Assembly (NCBI GenBank): GCA_016199085.1
Contig: JACQHJ010000003.1
Span: 103,517-167,516 of the forward strand
Origin: Candidatus Levyibacteriota bacterium
Lineage (GTDB): Bacteria > Patescibacteriota > Microgenomatia > Levybacterales > UBA12049
Direction of reading: 5' to 3'
DNA length: 64,000 bases
Shown here: positions 19,752 to 27,395 of the stretch, in pieces
Position numbering within the stretch: position 1 is the first letter of the stretch
Layout: each line of letters begins with the position of its first letter
Made by a program: the position numbers and the translations under genes
The notes under the pieces: generated by a model
What the model saw: only the letters and a program-made list of their open reading frames with translations
What the model was told of the DNA's origin: nothing
The model's database searches: none

Positions 19752-20126
19752 TTAAAGCCCACTACAAATCCTCTCGCATGTGCTTTTCAACTGGCTTTTA
19801 GGAAGATCCTTGAGAGACTTTAAATCATTAATTAGTTTCTGAACCTGGGGGGAAGAACTGGCAATTTCTGCAACATCTAAGCTTTCCGCCTGAGTTTTTA
19901 AGTTATTAACATTTTCGGAAATACTTTGCTTAATATTACTTGAGAACTCAGCTGTGTTTAAGCCTTTTACGTTTTCTTTTGGTTTTTGGGCAGGAGGTTT
20001 ATAATCCGGTGGAAAAACTGAATTTTTAACCTGAATTGCTGTTACTATGACAAGAACTGCGATAACTATTGTGGCTATTATTTTCTTCTTATCCCAGGCG
20101 ATTTCTTCTTTTTCTATCTTTCTCAT
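19752..20126 (-). CDS. Single-TM hypothetical protein
   Basis: TM helix, helical C-terminus ending CERIC; -10 TACAAT 6 nt before ATG. Confidence 0.7.
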   Translation of the reverse strand: MRKIEKEEIAWDKKKIIATIVIAVLVIVTAIQVKNSVFPPDYKPPAQKPKENVKGLNTAEFSSNIKQSISENVNNLKTQAESLDVAEIASSSPQVQKLINDLKSLKDLPKSQLKSTCERICSGL

Positions 20127-20187
20127 GCAATAATTGTAGGCAATTTAGACCCTCTTTGCAAACAAAATAATGGTATATAATATTCCT

Positions 20188-20961
20188 ATGGACTTTTTAC
20201 AGGCGATTATTTTGTCTGTTGTTGAGGGAATTACAGAATTTCTGCCAATATCTTCAACCGGACACCTTATTTTAGCCTCAAATCTTCTAAATATTCCCCA
20301 GACTGAGTTTGTCAAAGATTTTGAAATAGTAATCCAGCTTGGAGCAATACTTTCCATAGTTTTCTTGTATTTTGGGCGCTTTATGCAAAGCAGTCAGATT
20401 TGGAAAAAGATTTTAGCAGCTTTCATACCGACCGCTGTTGTCGGATTTATTCTTTTTAAGTTTATAAAAGAGTTTCTTTTAGGAAATCTTTATATAACTC
20501 TTTTTGCCTTATTCGTTGGAGGTATTTTATTAATTCTCTTAGAACTTTTGTATAAAGAAAAGGAACACCATGTAGATTCTATAGAGGAAATTCCGCTTAG
20601 AAATGCCTTTTTAATAGGACTATTTCAGGCAATCGCCGTAATACCAGGAGTCTCAAGATCAGCATCGACAATTGTTACAGCGCTTTTCCTTGGAACTAAG
20701 AGAAAAGCAGCGGCGGAGTTTTCTTTCTTACTTGCAGTTCCGACAATGCTTGCTGCAACTTTACTTGATATAACAAAAAGTAATTTTTCTTTTAACGAAG
20801 GCCAGTGGACGATTTTGGCAACAGGATTTGTAGGATCATTTATCGTAGCTGTTATCGTAGTTAAGCTTTTCTTAAGATACTTACAAAACCATAGCTTTAT
20901 TTCTTTTGGAATTTATAGAATTGTCGTAAGTTTAATATTTTGGTATATTCTTATCAAATGA
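20188..20961 (+). CDS. uppP: Undecaprenyl-diphosphatase
   Basis: EGITEFLPISSTGH, IQLGAIL, PGVSRS, AEFSFLLAVP. Start moved to MDFLQ (track start 20170). Confidence 0.95.
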   Translation: MDFLQAIILSVVEGITEFLPISSTGHLILASNLLNIPQTEFVKDFEIVIQLGAILSIVFLYFGRFMQSSQIWKKILAAFIPTAVVGFILFKFIKEFLLGNLYITLFALFVGGILLILLELLYKEKEHHVDSIEEIPLRNAFLIGLFQAIAVIPGVSRSASTIVTALFLGTKRKAAAEFSFLLAVPTMLAATLLDITKSNFSFNEGQWTILATGFVGSFIVAVIVVKLFLRYLQNHSFISFGIYRIVVSLIFWYILIK

Positions 20962-21260
20962 ACACGTTTGAAAGCATATATGACATTGTTGCAAAAATCC
21001 CCAAAGGAAAAGTGACTACTTATGGTGCAATTTCCAAACTCTTGTCAATTGACCCAAGAGTTGTTGGTTTTGCGCTGCATGCCAATAAAGATCCCGAAAA
21101 TATCCCCTGTCACAGGGTCATAAATTCAAAAGGTAAAATTTCTGCGGGTTTTGCATTTGGAGGACCAGATATTCAACAGCAAATGCTTGAAAAAGAAGGA
21201 GTAGAATTTGATAAGGGAAAAGGGGTAGATTTAAATAAGTTTGGCTATTTTTTATCCTGA
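20958..21260 (+). CDS. O6-alkylguanine DNA alkyltransferase family, single domain
   Basis: IPKGKVTTYG, PRVVG, IPCHRV (Cys retained); ATGA overlap with the uppP stop. Confidence 0.85.
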   Translation: MNTFESIYDIVAKIPKGKVTTYGAISKLLSIDPRVVGFALHANKDPENIPCHRVINSKGKISAGFAFGGPDIQQQMLEKEGVEFDKGKGVDLNKFGYFLS

Positions 21261-21586
21261 TTTTCCTTAACCTTTTTAACGTCTTCCAATAATTCTTTAG
21301 TCACCCTATCAATTTCTTTTTTGAGTTTTTCCTCAATATCGTTAACTTTTGTCTTTAGATGAGAAAGAGTTTGTTCATGATTTTCCAAAGCTAAGTTTTT
21401 CAAAAATGTCTTTTTATCTTCTTCGCTTAACTGACTTAGAGTCTTTGAGACAACGGTGCTATGAATATTTGCTTCGACTAAGGAAAGTAGATGGACTCTT
21501 TCCTCACTTGTCACATCAAGGGAAGCTAACTCCAAAGTAATATGGGTAGTTTCTACTAAATGTGAATAAAAATGTTTTGTTTTCAT
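21245..21586 (-). CDS. Hypothetical helical protein
   Basis: 113 aa ORF with TATAAT 6 nt before the ATG. Confidence 0.7.
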   Translation of the reverse strand: MKTKHFYSHLVETTHITLELASLDVTSEERVHLLSLVEANIHSTVVSKTLSQLSEEDKKTFLKNLALENHEQTLSHLKTKVNDIEEKLKKEIDRVTKELLEDVKKVKENQDKK

Positions 21587-21593
21587 ATGCTTA

Positions 21594-22466
21594 TTATAAA
21601 CTAACTGGTCCCAAAGGTACCTTATTTTCCGGATCGTCTACGAAAAAGTACAAAACAGGACCTTTTCCTCTTCCGTCTACTCTTTCTAAATACCTCATTA
21701 CTTCGGGAGACCCTCCCAGTTGCTTACCCGTCCAGGCAGCGGGACCTGAATCACCGATTACGGCAACGACTGCTTTACCGTTTTGGGGATTAACAACCAG
21801 CATTTTCCTGTATTTATAAAAATCCATATATTCTTTTGTCTTTTCGTTAAATCCGGGAGAAAGAAAAGTCTGTACCGCAATGTAATATTTTTCTCTTAAA
21901 TTATCCTCCCCAGTCATCTCTGACCTTGAATTGGCAAAATACCTGAATGCTCCAAGACCCGGAGCCATGCCATAGCTACCAAATTCCAAAGCTTCCTGTG
22001 GGGTATCAAAGTGCATAAACATATTGTCACCCGGAAATCTAGCCAAATGCTGCTCCTGACCAATATAGCCATATTGGGAATTTAGTCTTTTACCTGAAAG
22101 CTGTGCAATCGCATTGATACCAAACGTTCTTGCAAATACCTCAGAGACTTTACTTTCCTCATCCGTCGTTAACGGTCTTACGTCAGGAGGCAAGACGCTT
22201 TTTAGATCGTAGACTAAAAAAACTCGCTTATCCACAGGCTGGGGATTTGTCACCTCTGCCGAAAAAGAAGCTGGAATCTGCGGGATTATGGGAGATGTTA
22301 ATAAGAAAAGCCCGGTAATTGAGCCAACGGCTAATTGCTTTGAATTATTCTCCAGCCAATCAAAAGCTTCTTTGTGTTTATCAAATATTTCCTTTTGAAG
22401 ATTACTATGCTTTTGACCCCACTTTTGCAAAAGCTTTTGATAATGAATACTTTTACCCTGAAGCAT
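21594..22466 (-). CDS. Membrane-anchored protein with RlpA-like double-psi beta-barrel C-terminus
   Basis: KMLVVNPQNGKAVVAVIGDSGP resembles the DPBB V.V...D.GP motif; internal TM. Confidence 0.6.
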   Translation of the reverse strand: MLQGKSIHYQKLLQKWGQKHSNLQKEIFDKHKEAFDWLENNSKQLAVGSITGLFLLTSPIIPQIPASFSAEVTNPQPVDKRVFLVYDLKSVLPPDVRPLTTDEESKVSEVFARTFGINAIAQLSGKRLNSQYGYIGQEQHLARFPGDNMFMHFDTPQEALEFGSYGMAPGLGAFRYFANSRSEMTGEDNLREKYYIAVQTFLSPGFNEKTKEYMDFYKYRKMLVVNPQNGKAVVAVIGDSGPAAWTGKQLGGSPEVMRYLERVDGRGKGPVLYFFVDDPENKVPLGPVSL

Positions 22467-22489
22467 ACTTAAATCATAACAAATTTAGT

Positions 22490-24235
22490 CTACTTAACAA
22501 AACTGTAGATAAAAGTCTGCCCAAAGTTTTCAAAAAACAAAAGATTTGGATTATTATTTAACCGCCTTATTACGTAATCTCCGTCACCTAAAAGATAATG
22601 CTTATTTTTACTCAAAGCGTTGTATTCGTCCCTATTGACAACTATAAAGTTAACTCCCATTCCTTTTATTTTTGCCAAAGATTCATCGCTTGGAAAGTTT
22701 TTAAATAAAAACAGTACGTCTTCCTGCCATTTTTTTGGTGAAAAACCGCTGTAGCCGTTAACGACTTTTCTAAAGCTTTTTGTATAGAAATATTCCCTTT
22801 CAAGCTCAATATATGAATTAGGACTGTTCCAGTTATAGATTGGCATGATAATAAACTTTGAATCTTTAGAAGTTGTATTCATCCATCCATAAACACTTGG
22901 GAAATTATTTTTTGCTAAAACAGGATAAAATCTCATGGGAAAATTATATTCTGCAACTATACCTACAATTAAAATCAGGTAAATCACCCAAGACTTTTTA
23001 AAGTTTTTTAATATCAAAGGAAGAATTAGGGCAATTAAGATAGCCATACAAAAGATAAAAAGCATTTCCCATCTGGCTGAATTTCTAAAACCGTTAAAGC
23101 CTGGAATTATGTAATAAAAAAGTGCATAAGGCAAAATAACGGGAAACGGACTATGAATTGTCTGCCTAGCTAAATGAAGAGCAGGACCAAGGCTTAATAT
23201 AATACCTAAAATACCTGTTGTTAAAAAGCTTTTTTCAAAAATACCAATTTTTTGAAATCTTTTGATGCAATAAAAAATGACAAAGATAGATACCAAGCTA
23301 AATACCAAGCCTATATATCCTGGCTTTAACTCGTCGGTTCTTGAATACTTTTGAGCATTCGATATATTTAAAAGTAAAGGTTCTAGGATAGTGTGCTCGC
23401 TTGGGTAAATTAAGTCTTCGGGTTGAAGCGCAAAGTGAATAGAATCTCTGATATCCCTTTGTGCTTCGTATTCTTTATTAACATCCAAATACGGTTTTGC
23501 AATTATAAAACAAAGTATTAAGACCGAAAAGATAAGCAAAGCCGTTTTCCTATTAATAAGTTTTTTAATAATTTTTCTATCTTTAAAGTAAAGAAAAAGT
23601 AAATATATACAAAAAAAGAATAATAAAAAGTATGCAGGCAAAAAACTGTTATAAAACTGCAGGACAAAGAAAACCAAGGATAAAAAAAGAAAACGCACTT
23701 TAAAGTTTTTGGTAAAGATAATAAAAAACAAAATTGAAAGCGGAATCCATTGGATAGAAAGCATTTGTAAATGGGTTTTCTTATCCAAAAATGCCGGTGA
23801 GAAAATTATAAGTAATCCCGAGACTATTGCTGCCCAAAAATTCTTGGTTAAATAGAAAGATAATAGAAAGGTAAAAAAACCAACCATAAAGATTGAGGAA
23901 ATAAAAGTAAAATTAACGACTGCAATAGGTTGATTAATTAACCAAAGAGGAATAATGGAAAAAACAGCTGAAGTAATAAAAGTTTCTGAATATGCAAGAG
24001 AATTTATATAAGGAAAATAGATGTTGGCATTAAACAAGGACAAAGGATCGGTAAATAAAGAGTGGATTACCCAATTCATTATCCAAGCCTCAAGATATTG
24101 ATCACCGTAACCCGTCGTAAGCTTTCCCAAATTAAAAATAAGAGGATAGGTAATATAAATTGCACTAAGAAGAAAAATTGCAACTGCAATTATAACCTTA
24201 GAATGTTTTTGGATAAATTCTTTTAACCAAGACAT
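22490..24235 (-). CDS. Multi-TM GT-C/YfhO-like membrane protein
   Basis: GDQYLEAW, NANIYFPYINSLAYSE, VNGYSGF. Start moved to MSWLKEF (track start 24313 overlaps serC). Confidence 0.75.
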   Translation of the reverse strand: MSWLKEFIQKHSKVIIAVAIFLLSAIYITYPLIFNLGKLTTGYGDQYLEAWIMNWVIHSLFTDPLSLFNANIYFPYINSLAYSETFITSAVFSIIPLWLINQPIAVVNFTFISSIFMVGFFTFLLSFYLTKNFWAAIVSGLLIIFSPAFLDKKTHLQMLSIQWIPLSILFFIIFTKNFKVRFLFLSLVFFVLQFYNSFLPAYFLLFFFCIYLLFLYFKDRKIIKKLINRKTALLIFSVLILCFIIAKPYLDVNKEYEAQRDIRDSIHFALQPEDLIYPSEHTILEPLLLNISNAQKYSRTDELKPGYIGLVFSLVSIFVIFYCIKRFQKIGIFEKSFLTTGILGIILSLGPALHLARQTIHSPFPVILPYALFYYIIPGFNGFRNSARWEMLFIFCMAILIALILPLILKNFKKSWVIYLILIVGIVAEYNFPMRFYPVLAKNNFPSVYGWMNTTSKDSKFIIMPIYNWNSPNSYIELEREYFYTKSFRKVVNGYSGFSPKKWQEDVLFLFKNFPSDESLAKIKGMGVNFIVVNRDEYNALSKNKHYLLGDGDYVIRRLNNNPNLLFFENFGQTFIYSFVK

Positions 24236-24242
24236 TGAATAT

Positions 24243-25328
24243 TTAGGCAAATTCGGACAGTATCTTAATAAGAGTTTTAACTTGCAAAAGAGTATGTGCG
24301 GGAAAATTTCCAATCCTTACTTGTTTTTGTTTATTTTCACCATATCCGCTTCCTAAAATTATTCCTCTTTTTCTGCAAAAGGAAATTAAATCAAGTGAAT
24401 TTCCCTTGATCTTTGCTACAATTGTTGTCTTGGAACGAAGGCTCTTTTCGTTCACCAATGGAGATAAAATCTTACTTTTATCTAAAAAGCCATAAAGAAT
24501 ATCTGCTTTTTTAATTGTTTCTTTTCTTAATCTTTGTATCCCATATTTTCCCATATCTTTTAATACCCCATTTAAAAGAAATATCGCCAACACATTGGGT
24601 GTCTCTGGAGTTTCAGATTTTAAACTATATGAATAAAGAGTTGGGAGGTTGTGATATGAACCGATATCTTTTCCCAAATCCAAAAGTTTTTGGGATTTTT
24701 TTAGTGCTTTATCGCTTATTACGAGCACTCCAAGGCCTGCAGGTAATCCAAAACCTTTCTGAACTGAGAAAAATACATTATCAAGATATTTATATTCTAA
24801 GTCCCCAAAAGGAACTCCTGATACAAAGTCTACGGCAATGAGTAAGTTTTTATTTTTTCTTTTAAGATCATAAATTTTATCCATTGGAAAAACTATTCCG
24901 CTACTGGTATCGTTTTGGGTAACACATAAAAGCTCTATTTTGGAAAGATCAATTTCTTTTAATTTGTCTTCATCCAGCCCTTTTCCAAATTCTGCGGAAA
25001 TTTTGACTGGTTTTTTCCCCAAGTCTTTTGCTATATTAAAAAACTTTTCTCCAAAAGCTCCCGTTATAAGATGCAAGCTATTTTCCAAAACCAGATTATT
25101 AATACTTATTTCCATTCCTTCAGTTCCTGAAGAGATGAAAAATACATGAAAGTCTTGAGGGATATTCAAAAGTTTCTTAAGTAAAGCTACATTTTCCAAA
25201 AACAGTTGGTGAAAGAAATCACCCCTGTGGGAAATAGATAACACATCCTCATTAACTGCCTTTAATAAATGTTTTTGTACGCTTTTATAGTTTTGCGAAG
25301 GCCCTACCGTAAAAAAAACTTTTTTCAT
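24243..25328 (-). CDS. serC: Phosphoserine aminotransferase (class V PLP enzyme)
   Basis: FTVGPS, SISHR, FSVQKGFGLPAGLG, TPETPN; 1 nt downstream of serA. Confidence 0.85.
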   Translation of the reverse strand: MKKVFFTVGPSQNYKSVQKHLLKAVNEDVLSISHRGDFFHQLFLENVALLKKLLNIPQDFHVFFISSGTEGMEISINNLVLENSLHLITGAFGEKFFNIAKDLGKKPVKISAEFGKGLDEDKLKEIDLSKIELLCVTQNDTSSGIVFPMDKIYDLKRKNKNLLIAVDFVSGVPFGDLEYKYLDNVFFSVQKGFGLPAGLGVLVISDKALKKSQKLLDLGKDIGSYHNLPTLYSYSLKSETPETPNVLAIFLLNGVLKDMGKYGIQRLRKETIKKADILYGFLDKSKILSPLVNEKSLRSKTTIVAKIKGNSLDLISFCRKRGIILGSGYGENKQKQVRIGNFPAHTLLQVKTLIKILSEFA

Positions 25329-25329
25329 G

Positions 25330-27222
25330 TTAATAAAGTAATCTAAATTTTATTGTTTCTTCAATATTTTTAAGCTTAGTTTGTAAGTCATTTGAATATT
25401 CTTTGTTGATATCGGTAATTACACACCCAATTATATCATTTGTGCCTAAGATTTGGTTTTCAATATTTGCACCCGTTTCGGAAAGAGCTGTATTTATCTT
25501 TGCCAAAACCCCAGGAACATTTTTATGTATATGTATGAGTCTGTGAATTTTTTGCATTTGAGAAAGATTAAGGTTTGGAAAATTAACCGACAAAGTAGTA
25601 TTTCCAAGATCGATAAAATCTATCAGTTTTTTACCAACAAACTCTCCGATATCTTCTTGTGCTTCCTCCGTGCTTCCTCCGATGTGAGGAGTAAGAATAA
25701 CATTGGGTAAATTTCTAAGAAGGGAGTTAAATTTTTCACCATTGCCGTTTGGCTCATTGGGAAAAACATCCACGGCAGCACCCTTAATTTTTCCATTAAC
25801 AATATATTTATGCAAAGCTTGAATATCTACTATAAATCCCCTGCTCAAATTTAAGAATATCACTCCGTCCTTCATTTGCTTAAATTCTTTTTCACCAATT
25901 AAGTTTTGATTTGATTTTCTCCCATCTACATGTATCGCTATAACATCACTTATTTGTAAAAGCTCCAAAAGAGTCTGACATTTTCTTACGTTTCCAACTG
26001 CCAATTTCTCAACTATGTCATAAAAATAAACTTCCATACCTAAAGCTTGGGCGATAATTCCAAGTTGTGTACCTATATTTCCGTAGCCGACTATTCCCAA
26101 ACGTTTTCCCCTTACTTCATGACTTCCCTTTGCCGACTTATCCCAAACTCCACTATGTAACTTGTTACTTTTTTCAATTACGTTTCTAAAAAGAACTATT
26201 ATTTCCGCAATCGTAAGCTCGACTACGCTTTTGGTATTACTGTAAGGCGCATTAAAAACAACTATCCCTTTTTTCGTACATTCCAAAAGATCAATCTTAT
26301 CAGTACCTATACAAAACGCGCCTATGGCAATTAGTTTCGGGGCATTTTCTAAGACTTTTTTTGAAACAGCGGTCTTTGATCTGACACCAAGTATTGAAAC
26401 ATCTTTAATTTTTTCTATCAATGTTTTTTCATCCAAAGCATTTTCCAATAACTCGACAGTATATCCCTGGTCTTTAAATTTCTTAACTGCAGATTTATCT
26501 ATATTTTCAGTTAATAAAACCTTCATCTTGCTTTTTGGATAAGACAGAGCCCTTGGAAGACCGAGGGAAAACAAAAATTCATCAAAACTGTTAACTGTTA
26601 AATCAGCTTTTTTAACTACGTTTTCTCTTGTTACATTTTCGCAAAAGGCAACAAATTTTACTTTTTTATCTAATTTCTTTATCTCAAAATCCGTATATCC
26701 GTCTCCTAAAACAAATACATTTCCTTCTAAATGCAATGATTTTACGGCTCTTGCCTTACCGTTTTCTTGAGATAAAATATTTTTCTTATCAAATCCCAAT
26801 ACCTTATTGTTTTTTATAATGAAACTATTAGAAAGAATATGGTTTTCCAAAACACCAAACCTTTTTACAACAGGGTAAATATATTCTTTAAATCCTCCTG
26901 AAATAATATAAATACTATTTCTATTTTCCTTAAAAAACTCCTTGTTTCTTTCAATGGAAGGTGTAATTTTTGCTTTAAGATGTTTTATTAGTTTTTCTAT
27001 ATCTTTTTTTTCTATTTTTAGAAGAGACAATCTTTTTGATAAAGACTTTGAAAACTTTATTTTCCCTTCCATACCTAAGGCGGTAGTTTTCTTAATTTCC
27101 GAAGTAATTCTGTCTTTATTTAAATTACCCTTAAGAACAATCTCTGAGAGTTCGTCGATTGCCTCAGTTTGAATAAAAGTGCTGTCAAAATCAATTATGT
27201 AATAGTTTTTCATTTTTACCAT
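25330..27222 (-). CDS. serA: Phosphoserine phosphatase (HAD) / D-3-phosphoglycerate dehydrogenase / ACT fusion
   Basis: N-terminal DFDST, ISGG, GDGYTD HAD motifs; GAFCIGT, GIVGYGNIG, LTPHIGGSTEEAQ; ACT HKNVPGVL. Alternative start at 27213. Confidence 0.92.
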   Translation of the reverse strand: MVKMKNYYIIDFDSTFIQTEAIDELSEIVLKGNLNKDRITSEIKKTTALGMEGKIKFSKSLSKRLSLLKIEKKDIEKLIKHLKAKITPSIERNKEFFKENRNSIYIISGGFKEYIYPVVKRFGVLENHILSNSFIIKNNKVLGFDKKNILSQENGKARAVKSLHLEGNVFVLGDGYTDFEIKKLDKKVKFVAFCENVTRENVVKKADLTVNSFDEFLFSLGLPRALSYPKSKMKVLLTENIDKSAVKKFKDQGYTVELLENALDEKTLIEKIKDVSILGVRSKTAVSKKVLENAPKLIAIGAFCIGTDKIDLLECTKKGIVVFNAPYSNTKSVVELTIAEIIVLFRNVIEKSNKLHSGVWDKSAKGSHEVRGKRLGIVGYGNIGTQLGIIAQALGMEVYFYDIVEKLAVGNVRKCQTLLELLQISDVIAIHVDGRKSNQNLIGEKEFKQMKDGVIFLNLSRGFIVDIQALHKYIVNGKIKGAAVDVFPNEPNGNGEKFNSLLRNLPNVILTPHIGGSTEEAQEDIGEFVGKKLIDFIDLGNTTLSVNFPNLNLSQMQKIHRLIHIHKNVPGVLAKINTALSETGANIENQILGTNDIIGCVITDINKEYSNDLQTKLKNIEETIKFRLLY

Positions 27223-27223
27223 T

Positions 27224-27247
27224 AAAAAACCTCCCTTTTGGGAGGTT
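27224..27247 (-). terminator. Attenuator terminator (3:4 helix) of the ser operon; also covers the serA SD
   Basis: Minus strand AACCTCCC-AAAA-GGGAGG-TTTTTT; GGGAGG lies 7 nt before ATG 27222. Confidence 0.85.
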
Positions 27248-27268
27248 CTGTTTGTTATTTACTTTCTT

Positions 27269-27352
27269 CTACAACACCATAAACCTCCCAAAGTTCAAAT
27301 CGGAACTTGAGGAAGGTGAAAAATTATTGTTAACGTCAACTCTGCTATTCAT
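27269..27352 (-). CDS. Ser-rich leader peptide MNSRVDVNNNFSPSSSSDLNFGRFMVL (27 aa)
   Basis: Five Ser codons in six (TCA CCT TCC TCA AGT TCC); lies between promoter and terminator upstream of the serine operon. Confidence 0.8.
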   Translation of the reverse strand: MNSRVDVNNNFSPSSSSDLNFGRFMVL

Positions 27353-27358
27353 GTTTTT

Positions 27359-27386
27359 ATTATACAAAATTAACTGCTTATGTCAA
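27359..27386 (-). promoter_or_regulatory. Sigma70 promoter of ser leader
   Basis: TTGACA-16 nt-TATAAT, 6 nt before the leader ATG. Confidence 0.8.
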
Positions 27387-27395
27387 CAAAGAATC

